DNA of 52,144 nt from a virus (Duplodnaviria > Caudoviricetes), in the IMG/VR virus record IMGVR_UViG_3300009506_000046, positions 1-52,144 of that record. One strand, written 5' to 3'. The notes below the pieces were generated by a model that was not told the origin of the DNA, ran no database searches, and saw only the letters and a list, made by a program, of their open reading frames with translations. Both the position numbers and the translations under genes were made by a program. This document shows positions 44,172 to 52,144 of this stretch, piece after piece; the first letter of the stretch is position 1; each line of letters starts with the position of its first letter.

Positions 44172-44207
44172 TATAAAACATTATATAACAGACTGTGGTA
44201 GAGTCAA
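44172..44207 (-). promoter_or_regulatory. sigma70-type promoter, family A
   Basis: TTGACT-16-TATAAT; CTGTTATATAATG matches the CTGTTATACAATG of the other two copies. Confidence 0.75.
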
Positions 44208-44261
44208 CTCCCTAAACTCCAATTGCACGCATGGAGTGCACAGATTGAGGTTTTACGCCTA

Positions 44262-44759
44262 ATGCCTAGCAATCGTTGGAAGGAAAGCAACAAAGCGCAT
44301 ATTGAGATCAGGCGCACTTGGGTGGCGCGCTTTCTCGCTATAGGGATGAAGCGTTGGGAGATTGTCAATCAACTTGGGGACATCCCCTTACTCAATCCTG
44401 CCACTGGCTTACCTTATGACCCATCTACCATCTCGCGGGACATTGGTGTTATCACCAGGCGTTGGCAAGAGGATGCAGTTGAGCACATCGCCACGCTCAA
44501 AGCGGCACAACTGGCTGAACTCAGAGCGGCACGGCGCCAGGCGTGGACCAACAAAAGTATGTCTGAGGTTCGTCGTAATCTTGAGTTTGAGGCTAGATTG
44601 ATGGGTACAGAGGCCCCAATTAAGCACGACGTATCTTCACTCAATGTCAACGCCCAACTCTCTCCGGAGGACTTTGGCTCTCTGAGCGACAAGGAACTGC
44701 GTGACTTTCGCTACTATGTCGATGAAGTTTTGGGGATTGGCGGCAATGGTAACCGCTGA
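44262..44759 (+). CDS. Terminase small subunit
   Basis: HTH-like STISRDI, ARLMGTEAPIK motif; overlaps the large-subunit start. Confidence 0.75.
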   Translation: MPSNRWKESNKAHIEIRRTWVARFLAIGMKRWEIVNQLGDIPLLNPATGLPYDPSTISRDIGVITRRWQEDAVEHIATLKAAQLAELRAARRQAWTNKSMSEVRRNLEFEARLMGTEAPIKHDVSSLNVNAQLSPEDFGSLSDKELRDFRYYVDEVLGIGGNGNR

Positions 44760-46314
44760 GCGCCCTGTTGAACTTCCCGCAGTCGCCCAGAGGCTGAATC
44801 AAGAAAACATTGGCTTGTTTGATGTCGGGCTTGACTTGGCCCATGTTGACCGGTTCGGTTTCAAGGGGTACGTCGAGCGTGCTTGGGTCAGGGTGCGACC
44901 CCATGAGTCATTTATTGACGGTTGGCATATCGACGCTATTTGTGAGCACCTCGAAGCCATCAAGTCGGGGGAGATTCGTAACCTTATTATCAACGTCCCG
45001 CCCCGGCACACCAAGAGCTTGTTGACGTCCGTCTTTTTTCCTACCTATTGTTGGATTGATCTCCCTGGCTCCTGTTGGCTCACCGCATCATACGCTATCC
45101 CCCTGGCTGTCCGTGATGCCACTCGCTCGCGCCGCTTGATGCAATCTCCTTGGTGGCAAGCGCGATGGGGCAGCTCTTTCAAGTTTGCGGGTGACCAGAA
45201 CCAAAAAAGCAGGTACGAGAATAACCAAGGAGGCCACCGTATTGCCATTGGCGTGACAGGCATGGGCACCGGCGAGGGCGGTGACTTTATCATCGTGGAC
45301 GACCCGGTGAAAGTCGCTGACGCTGATTCCGATCTTGCTCTTGACAATGCCAACACTTGGTGGGCTCAAACGATGTCAACGCGCACCAATGACCCCCGCA
45401 CAGCTGCAAAAGTCGTCATCATGCAGCGGTTGCACGAAAACGACTTGACTGGCCATCTCCTTGATGAAATGAAGCACGGCGGGGAGCATTATGAGCTACT
45501 GCGCCTGCCGGCCGAGTTTGAACCTAACAGGCACTTTGTCACCTCTATTGGTTGGTCTGACCCTCGCACCGAGGAAGGCGAGTTGCTTAACCCAGAGCGG
45601 TTTGGCAAAAGGGAACTCGCCAACCTCAAAGCTGTATTGGGTGAGCAAGCAACGGCGGGGCAGTTGCAACAGCGCCCCGCGCCCGCAGGCGGCGCGATCT
45701 TTCAGCGCAAGTGGTGGGAGGACGACAATCGTTACGACCCCAACGATACCGCCCTATGGCAAACCACTGTAGGACGCTGGTTGTCAATTGACACTGCCCT
45801 GAAGGACAAAGAGACAAACGACTACCACGCTCTCGGCGTTTGGGAGATGACAAAAGATTACCGCTTGGTTCTCCGTGAGGCCCAATGGAAGCGACTGCAA
45901 TTCCCCCAACTTGCCGATTGGATTCAAGAGGAAGCTCTGCGCTGGCGAGGGAGGGATTTCCTCAAAGGCATCCTCATTGAGGACAAAGTTAGTGGGACAT
46001 CAGCCCTTCAAACCCTGCGTCAAGAGGCACCTGAGTGGCTAGCCGACTTACTTATCGGCTTTGAGCCTCGTGGCAGCAAAGAGGGCAGAGCGCGACAAGC
46101 CGCCCTTTGGTGTGACCGTGGTTGCATCCTCTTGCCAGAGCCAAGCACGGGCGCCCCCTGGCTGTTTGAGTTCGAGGAAGATTTCTTGTACAAGTTCCCG
46201 ATGGGTAAGTTTGACGACCCGGTAGATCAGCTGTCTCAGATGGTCATCTACCTGGAGCATTATCTCGCCCAAGGGTGGCGGTCGAGGGTAAGGGTGGAAT
46301 ATGGCGATAGTTAG
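44746..46314 (+). CDS. terL: Terminase large subunit
   Basis: INVPPRHTKS Walker A, IIVDDP Walker B, IMQRLHENDLTG, QQRPAP, FPMGKFDDPVD. Confidence 0.95.
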   Translation: MVTAERPVELPAVAQRLNQENIGLFDVGLDLAHVDRFGFKGYVERAWVRVRPHESFIDGWHIDAICEHLEAIKSGEIRNLIINVPPRHTKSLLTSVFFPTYCWIDLPGSCWLTASYAIPLAVRDATRSRRLMQSPWWQARWGSSFKFAGDQNQKSRYENNQGGHRIAIGVTGMGTGEGGDFIIVDDPVKVADADSDLALDNANTWWAQTMSTRTNDPRTAAKVVIMQRLHENDLTGHLLDEMKHGGEHYELLRLPAEFEPNRHFVTSIGWSDPRTEEGELLNPERFGKRELANLKAVLGEQATAGQLQQRPAPAGGAIFQRKWWEDDNRYDPNDTALWQTTVGRWLSIDTALKDKETNDYHALGVWEMTKDYRLVLREAQWKRLQFPQLADWIQEEALRWRGRDFLKGILIEDKVSGTSALQTLRQEAPEWLADLLIGFEPRGSKEGRARQAALWCDRGCILLPEPSTGAPWLFEFEEDFLYKFPMGKFDDPVDQLSQMVIYLEHYLAQGWRSRVRVEYGDS

Positions 46315-47842
46315 GCGGTTTTTCGGTGGGGCGGTGACACAAGCTATACCTACATCGCTTCCATACTACTACGAAGCAACTAGCCAGTACCGCGCCTTTC
46401 ACGATTTGCTCAGAGCGTACTATCTCAGCAATGGCCTTTACGACGAAATACGCACCGCCCTGCAGGTGACCGGCGCGGAGGATGAGTCGCTTAAACCCCT
46501 GCGCAACCCCGCATCCCGCGCCGTGGAGTTCTATGCCGCCAAGTTGTGGCCCGGCACTCTCCCCGACGCTTTGCCCATCGTCACTGACAACCAGGCAATC
46601 ATTGAGCCGGTGAAACAAATATGGACCTGGTCAAACTGGTCTCACCGGAAACAGGTGGCCGCTCGGTGGTTGGCCATGTACGGCGATTTGTTTATCAAGG
46701 TCGGATCGAGTGAAGGCAAGGTCTTTCTACAAATCATCGACCCGCGCCACTCCCCCTATTATGACCTTGATGACAGAGGTAACCTCACTCACTTCCGCGC
46801 TGACATCCCCATTTCTGCAATCGACGCAGAGACGGGCGAGCTAACCATCGAGTCATTCACCGAGGTATGGGACAAGGGCTTGCAGTGGTATGCCCAGTGG
46901 ACGCACACGGAAAACTTTGGCGTCAGCCTCTCCCAACTCGGTACGCCAGATTACACCGCCGACTTTTCCGAGTTTGGCGTTGACTTTGTCCCCGTCGTTC
47001 ACGTCAAGCATAGAGACATTGGCGATGACCACGGCGACGGAGTGTTCTCCCACGTCATCGACAAGATAGACGAGGCGAACCGGCAAGCCACTCGCTTACA
47101 TCAGATGCTCTATCGCTCAAACCGCAGCCTTTGGGTTTTGCAAGCCAACCTCCTTGATGCCCAGGGCAGGCCGATGCCTGCCCCGACCATTGGTGACTCC
47201 AATGAGCTTGAGATAGGCGACGACACTCTATTTCGACTCCCCGGTAATAGTACCTTGCAATCAATGGTGCCCCAGCTTAATTACACTGATGCTCTTTCGA
47301 TCTTGAATGCTCAACTTGACGAAATCGAGCGTGACTTGCCAGAACTGAACTACTACCGCATCAAAGAAATGGGAGGCAACATCTCGGGTCGGGCGATTCG
47401 TCTATTACTCTCAGACGCTGTTGACAATGTGCTAGAGGTTAGGGGTAACGCCGAGGCGGGCCTTGCTCGTGCTGACATGATGGCCCTGACTATAGGGGCC
47501 AATATGGGGCTGGAGGGGTTCAATGTAGGATCCTATGAGGCGGGTGACCTTGAGCACTCTTTTGCCGAGCGCGCGGTGATAGAATCAGAACCCGACGAGC
47601 GAGCCGATACGTTGCAAAAGTATCGCGGGGCAGGCCTTGCTCTTACCACAGCTATGCGCTTGACCGGTTTCAGCGAGGAAGAGATTGTCAGAGCGCAAAC
47701 CGATCTCCAGATGGAACAGGCGCAGGCGACTACGTCTCTGGCGTCGGCTCTGTTGGAGCAACAAAGGCGTTTTGATCAGGAACAGCAGGCGCAGTTGGGT
47801 GGACCTCGGCAAGAACCAGGGACACCAGAGGGATTAGTTTAG
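46301..47842 (+). CDS. Portal protein (SPP1 gp6-like)
   Basis: 513 aa directly after terL; VPVVH, ISGRAIR motifs. Confidence 0.85.
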   Translation: MAIVRRFFGGAVTQAIPTSLPYYYEATSQYRAFHDLLRAYYLSNGLYDEIRTALQVTGAEDESLKPLRNPASRAVEFYAAKLWPGTLPDALPIVTDNQAIIEPVKQIWTWSNWSHRKQVAARWLAMYGDLFIKVGSSEGKVFLQIIDPRHSPYYDLDDRGNLTHFRADIPISAIDAETGELTIESFTEVWDKGLQWYAQWTHTENFGVSLSQLGTPDYTADFSEFGVDFVPVVHVKHRDIGDDHGDGVFSHVIDKIDEANRQATRLHQMLYRSNRSLWVLQANLLDAQGRPMPAPTIGDSNELEIGDDTLFRLPGNSTLQSMVPQLNYTDALSILNAQLDEIERDLPELNYYRIKEMGGNISGRAIRLLLSDAVDNVLEVRGNAEAGLARADMMALTIGANMGLEGFNVGSYEAGDLEHSFAERAVIESEPDERADTLQKYRGAGLALTTAMRLTGFSEEEIVRAQTDLQMEQAQATTSLASALLEQQRRFDQEQQAQLGGPRQEPGTPEGLV

Positions 47843-47864
47843 TATGGATGTAACCGAGTAGATA

Positions 47865-49574
47865 ATGCCAGACACCGGAGCTTGCTCACCATCTGCCAAC
47901 GGAGATGATTATACCGGCTGGACCAACGCGGCCAACTGTTACACCAGTGATGATAGCGACGGATATCCCGCATCATCATACGCCGCTCACGACTGGTATA
48001 ATTTCAGCTTCAGCATTCCCGGAGGCGTTACAATTGATGGCATTCTCGTATCCGTCGAGGCGGCCAAGTCATCGCCTGGCGGCTCATCCGGTGACGCCAT
48101 CGAGCTATCGTGGGATGGAGGATCGAGCTACACTAGCTCCGGTTATTCGGTTAGTTACAATAACGATGTAGCAGACAATATCTACACTGCTGGAGGATCC
48201 AGCGACAATTGGGGCAGATCCTGGTCAGATTCTGAGTTTTCCAACACGAATTTTCGCATACGTCTAACCAGCACAGGTACAAAACGCGAAGACGTCGACC
48301 ATATTCAAGTTACAGTTTACTACACGTCAGGCGTAACTCGTGAGTTTTCGGCCACTCTTACCGGCACATCAAGCACCCCAGCGCCAAAGTTGGTTGTTGC
48401 TAGACCACTATCGGCTTCTCTTTCTGGTGTGTCATCTACCCCGGCGTCAGTTCTCGCCGTGCTAAGGGAATTTGGTGCTATCGCCACTGCCGCATCATCG
48501 TCAGCCGATAACACTTTACTTCTTGCTACATTGGAGTTTGCCGCGACCCCCTCGGCGGTGTCGGACACTCCCGACACTGTAGTTTTGGCAATCCTCCATG
48601 AACTAACCGCCACCCTATCTGCGGTGACTTCCATCCCTGACGCCAAGCTTGCCGTTACGAGGGGGCTAACCTCTGTTCTGTACGGGGCAACATCAGCCCC
48701 TGATGCAGTTCTAAACGTGTCTCGACCGATGAGCGCTACGCTGACAGCGACCACGACCACCGCTGACAACGCTTACTTGCTCATCATAAAGACCTTTGCC
48801 GCAATCGCAACAGCGAACACAACCACCCCCGATGCAGTTTTGGCCGTCGCCAGAAGTTTTACCTCGACTTTTACCGCGGCGAGCAGCACCCCTGATAGCG
48901 TGGGGTTGGCAGTCGCCCGCGCTTTTGCCGCCGTCCTAACCGCGGTGTCATCTACTCCGGACACGGTTGATCTAGTTGTATCTGGTGGCCCGCTGGAGTT
49001 CGCCGCCATTTTAACTGCTGCATCCACGACCCCGGACGTCCAACTATCAATAGTCAGGCCAATGGATGCGGCGGCGCTGGCTCAATCATCCACCCCTGAC
49101 GTCATTCTATCCGTGCTCAGGGAGTTCCAGGCAACCGCAGCGGCAGCGACGGTCACCCCCGACGACGTTGACTTGATTGTAGCCCTCGCCATGTCAGCAG
49201 TCATGACCGCTGTCACAAGCACAGCAGACACGGCGATATTGGCCGTTCTGCGTGAGTTCGCAAGCGCATTGGTGGGGACAACCACCACCACGGAACAGGC
49301 AGATTTGAACATAATCCGCCCAATGATTGCTTCACCCTCAGCTGTGTCAAGTACATCAGAAGTGATGCTTTCTGTCACAAGAGCATTATCTGCCCAATTG
49401 AAAGCCGCATCTCTTACAAATGACCAAGTTATTTTAGTCGCAGAAATTATAGGCCTGGCGGTGGGTTTAGTCATCACCGTAATAAGAGGCGCTCGCCCAA
49501 GCGTGTCAGCAGCGGGGCGCCAAGTAGGGGTTGACGTCTCTGGAGGTCGGCCCGAAGCAGGAACAGACCAATAA
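47865..49574 (+). CDS. Virion fibre-like protein: globular N-domain + ~21-22-aa repeats
   Basis: Repeated RxF/LxAxxxAxSSTPDxxLxV units. Confidence 0.7.
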   Translation: MPDTGACSPSANGDDYTGWTNAANCYTSDDSDGYPASSYAAHDWYNFSFSIPGGVTIDGILVSVEAAKSSPGGSSGDAIELSWDGGSSYTSSGYSVSYNNDVADNIYTAGGSSDNWGRSWSDSEFSNTNFRIRLTSTGTKREDVDHIQVTVYYTSGVTREFSATLTGTSSTPAPKLVVARPLSASLSGVSSTPASVLAVLREFGAIATAASSSADNTLLLATLEFAATPSAVSDTPDTVVLAILHELTATLSAVTSIPDAKLAVTRGLTSVLYGATSAPDAVLNVSRPMSATLTATTTTADNAYLLIIKTFAAIATANTTTPDAVLAVARSFTSTFTAASSTPDSVGLAVARAFAAVLTAVSSTPDTVDLVVSGGPLEFAAILTAASTTPDVQLSIVRPMDAAALAQSSTPDVILSVLREFQATAAAATVTPDDVDLIVALAMSAVMTAVTSTADTAILAVLREFASALVGTTTTTEQADLNIIRPMIASPSAVSSTSEVMLSVTRALSAQLKAASLTNDQVILVAEIIGLAVGLVITVIRGARPSVSAAGRQVGVDVSGGRPEAGTDQ

Positions 49575-49587
49575 AGGAGCATGCATT

Positions 49588-50421
49588 ATGGGAAGTATAA
49601 CTGACTTTCTGGCTAAGGAGCTGTTGGACCATGTGTTCAATGCGTCGTTTAGTCCTGCGGCCACGCTCTATCTATGCCTGTGCACCGCTGACCCGACCGA
49701 CGCCGCGACCGGTGCGAGTATGAACGAAACCGCCAATGCACAAAGCTACGCCCGTACCGCCATCACGTTCGCGGCGGCGGCCTCACGTACGGTTGACCAG
49801 ACCGGGGATGTAGATTTCCCGCAAGCGTCGGGCGACTACGCTTCACCCATCACTCACTGGGCTATCGCTGATACCAACACTTACGGCTCTGGCAATGTCT
49901 ATGCCCATGGAGCGTTTGCTGCATCCAAGACTATCTATAGCGGCAACACTCCAAGCGTCAACGCCGGGGCCAATGACGTCAATGTGACCTTCAGCGCGGG
50001 GGAGATCAGTAACTACCTAGCCAACGCCTTGCTTGACTTTGCATTCAGGAACCAGGCATTCAGTCAGCCCGATACTTACGTTGGATACACCACCGAAACC
50101 ATTGAGGACACCGACACCGGCTCAAGCATTACCGAGGTAAGCGGTGGGTCCTACGCCAGAGTTCAAGTCAATCCTAACGGCGGGTCAACTCCGACTTGGG
50201 ACAATGCGGCGGGTACAGGTACTTGCTATGTTCAAAACACTCACGCTGTCACTTTCACCACCGCTACGGCAAGTTGGGGCACCGTTACTTCCGCTTTTGT
50301 CGCTGATGCTGTCAGCGCTGGCAATCTCCTGATGTATGATAACGCGATGGGAGATCAAGCGGTCGGTGATGGCGATACGGCCACTTTCCCGATCGGTGAC
50401 CTGGACTGTCAGATGAGCTAA
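49588..50421 (+). CDS. Virion structural protein with an internal domain duplication
   Basis: ITDFLAKELLDHVF...SYARTAITF and ISNYLANALLDFAF...SYARVQVN halves; AAGGAG RBS. Confidence 0.75.
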   Translation: MGSITDFLAKELLDHVFNASFSPAATLYLCLCTADPTDAATGASMNETANAQSYARTAITFAAAASRTVDQTGDVDFPQASGDYASPITHWAIADTNTYGSGNVYAHGAFAASKTIYSGNTPSVNAGANDVNVTFSAGEISNYLANALLDFAFRNQAFSQPDTYVGYTTETIEDTDTGSSITEVSGGSYARVQVNPNGGSTPTWDNAAGTGTCYVQNTHAVTFTTATASWGTVTSAFVADAVSAGNLLMYDNAMGDQAVGDGDTATFPIGDLDCQMS

Positions 50422-50425
50422 TCTT

Positions 50426-50770
50426 ATGCCTACGATTCTAACGACCGGCGCGGTAGAGGAATCCACTTTCGTTGTCACCTTAACGTTTACAGACGAGGAC
50501 GATAATGCTGTCACTCCGGGGACTCTCACTTGGTCACTCTTTGACTCTGGCGGGAGCATTGTCAATAGCCGGCAGGGTGTCAACGCCAATCCCGCCAGCG
50601 AAGTTGTGAACATTGTCCTACAGGGCGATGACTTGGCCATACTCTCCGCGTCAGATGATAGGATGCGCATGTTGACCGTGTCGGGTACTTATGACTCTGA
50701 CTTGGGCAACGATTTGCCCATTCAGGATGAGGTTGTGTTCCAGATTATACCTCTGTTGGGGGTTACTTGA
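50426..50770 (+). CDS. Hypothetical virion protein (Ig/BppU-N-like)
   Basis: Beta-rich 114 aa in the structural operon. Confidence 0.55.
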   Translation: MPTILTTGAVEESTFVVTLTFTDEDDNAVTPGTLTWSLFDSGGSIVNSRQGVNANPASEVVNIVLQGDDLAILSASDDRMRMLTVSGTYDSDLGNDLPIQDEVVFQIIPLLGVT

Positions 50771-50889
50771 TGCGTTATATTCTGACTCTCGTCGTGGGCT
50801 TTGCCTGCGGGATGGTCGTCACCCTGGGTATGCTCGACCGTCTCGTCGGCTCATGCCCACATCTTGATGAGGTTATGAGAGTGCCATAG
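50770..50889 (+). CDS. 39-aa hydrophobic peptide (absent from the ORF track)
   Basis: TGATG coupling; MRYILTLVVGFACGMVVTLGMLDRLV... Confidence 0.4.
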   Translation: MRYILTLVVGFACGMVVTLGMLDRLVGSCPHLDEVMRVP

Positions 50890-50903
50890 TTTGGTGTATC
50901 CTG

Positions 50904-51074
50904 ATGCCAGTTCAGCAATGTACTCTTGACGGTAAACCCGGTTATAAGTGGGGTGAAAGTGGTAAGTGTTACACCTATACTCAAGGAAGTGAAGTAAGTC
51001 GCAAGGGGGCAATCCGCAAAGCGCAGGCGCAAGGCGCGGCGGTGAGAGCGACAGGATGGAAGGAAAAGAAATAG
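50904..51074 (+). CDS. 56-aa basic phage protein (absent from the ORF track)
   Basis: MPVQQCTLDGKPGYKWGESGKCYTYT...AQAQGAAV; stop abuts the MuF TTG start. Confidence 0.7.
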   Translation: MPVQQCTLDGKPGYKWGESGKCYTYTQGSEVSRKGAIRKAQAQGAAVRATGWKEKK

Positions 51075-52144
51075 TTGGCTCAATCTTCCGACCCCGCTGT
51101 AGTCATCGCCATGCGTGAGTTCAAGCAAGGCATTATCGCCAGAGAAGCGGTGCAGATGACGCAAATGGCGCGGCAATGGTTGAGTGTTGAACAGGCACTA
51201 CAAGGACACATTGAGCTAACCGCACAGAGAGCTATGGAGTTGAAAGCGCAAGGGGTAACCGTCAATCAATGGCGACTTCGGGAAATGGAAAGGTATAAAG
51301 CCTTGCATGCACAAACTGTTGCGCAGTTCAACAGATATGCAAGCTACGCTGACGGATACATCTCTGATCTCTGATGGTCAAAGGGAGATCGGTCATCTTG
51401 GCATTGCCCATTCCCAACAGGCAATCCAACTCTCTTACTGGCCCCGAGTGGATGTCACGTTTAATCGCTTGCCTTTCGAGGCAGTTGAGAACATGGTGGG
51501 CCTTGCGGGGAACGGTCAACCTTTGGGGGAGTTGTTGAAACAGCGAATGGTCATGAGCGCCAGTGGTGAACCTTTACCCGACGTGTGGGACAGATTGACC
51601 CGAACTCTCGTAGAATCCACCGCCATAGGCCGCAACCCGCGCCAAACCGCCAGACTGATGAGGGATGACCTGGCAGGCGGGTTACAAAAGGCCCTCGCCA
51701 TCGCTCGCACCGAGCAACTCAGAGTATACCGTCAACTTCACGCCGACTCATACGCCGCCAGCAACGTTGTGAGGGGCCAAAAGCGACTCACGGCACACGA
51801 CGGCCGAGTTTGTGCCGCTTGTCTCGCCGATGAGGGTACGGTATACTCAGTCTATGAGATTCTCCCTGACCACGTCATGGGCCGCTGCACCTCTGTGCCC
51901 GTCCTTGACGAAGGGCCACAAGTCGATTGGTTGAGCGGGGAGGATTGGTTGAAAACCCAACCCATAGATGTTCAACAAGCCATAATGGGCAAGGGGAGGT
52001 GGGAGGCTTACAATCGGGGTGACTTTGCCTTCAGGGACATCGTGCGGCATACTCATGACTCTGTTTGGGGCGGGGGGATAGGGGTTAGGAATTTATCTGA
52101 TTTGGTTGCCAGGCAAACCGAGTATTACGAGAGCACAGCTGTTG
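51075..52144 (+). CDS. N-terminal part of the MuF gene; frameshifted in this copy by a 7-bp duplication
   Basis: Runs into the sequence repeated at position 1; ATCTCTG duplicated at 51360-51373. Confidence 0.75.
51224..52144. repeat. Terminal direct repeat, copy 2
   Basis: 921 bp matching 1-914. Confidence 0.95.

Noticed and set aside
50992-51000. AAGTAAGTC as a plus-strand target of the leader RNA
   Set aside because: Short match within a coding region, not at a start site; compatible with chance
51075-51374. Genuine MuF pseudogene
   Set aside because: The copy at the window start is intact across the same site; the 7-bp duplication sits at the allele junction and is more likely an assembly artefact
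51224-52144. Diversity-generating retroelement (TR/VR pair) explaining the diverged repeat
   Set aside because: Differences are mostly synonymous C/T changes rather than adenine-specific, the repeat is far longer than a TR, and no reverse transcriptase motif is visible

Overview
Essentially complete genome of a tailed dsDNA phage (siphovirus-like Caudoviricetes), circularly permuted with a unit length of ~51,223 bp: positions 1-914 recur at 51224-52144 as a diverged copy. Plus-strand late arm (38.4 kb -> end -> 16.9 kb): holin, amidase and GH-A lysins, a ParB-like/glycosyltransferase pair, terminase, portal, fibre-like virion proteins, a MuF head protein with a C-terminal HExxH domain, scaffold, capsid, head-tail genes, tail tube, frameshifted tail chaperone, tape measure, Dit and a GH26-LamG-LamG-hub tail protein. 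Minus-strand early arm (16.9-38.3 kb): DinG-like and UvrD helicases, Sak4-like ATPase, ERCC4-like nuclease, Gp37/Gp68 radical-SAM-like protein, an FtsK/TraB-like ATPase flanked by membrane proteins, an ADP-ribosyltransferase-like protein and many small ORFs. I see no integrase, CI-type repressor, DNA polymerase, primase, reverse transcriptase, tRNA or CRISPR array. The most striking unexplained structures are non-coding: (i) a switchable RNA in the early leader whose loop is antisense to a motif at four early translation-start/leader sites, (ii) a 76-bp AT-rich cruciform beside a candidate initiator gene, (iii) two families of repeated promoter/operator blocks, and (iv) a TAC-repeat inverted repeat within the FtsK/membrane-protein cassette. 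A Chloroflexota (Anaerolineae-like) host is a tentative guess only. All family assignments come from motif recognition by eye, not from database searches.
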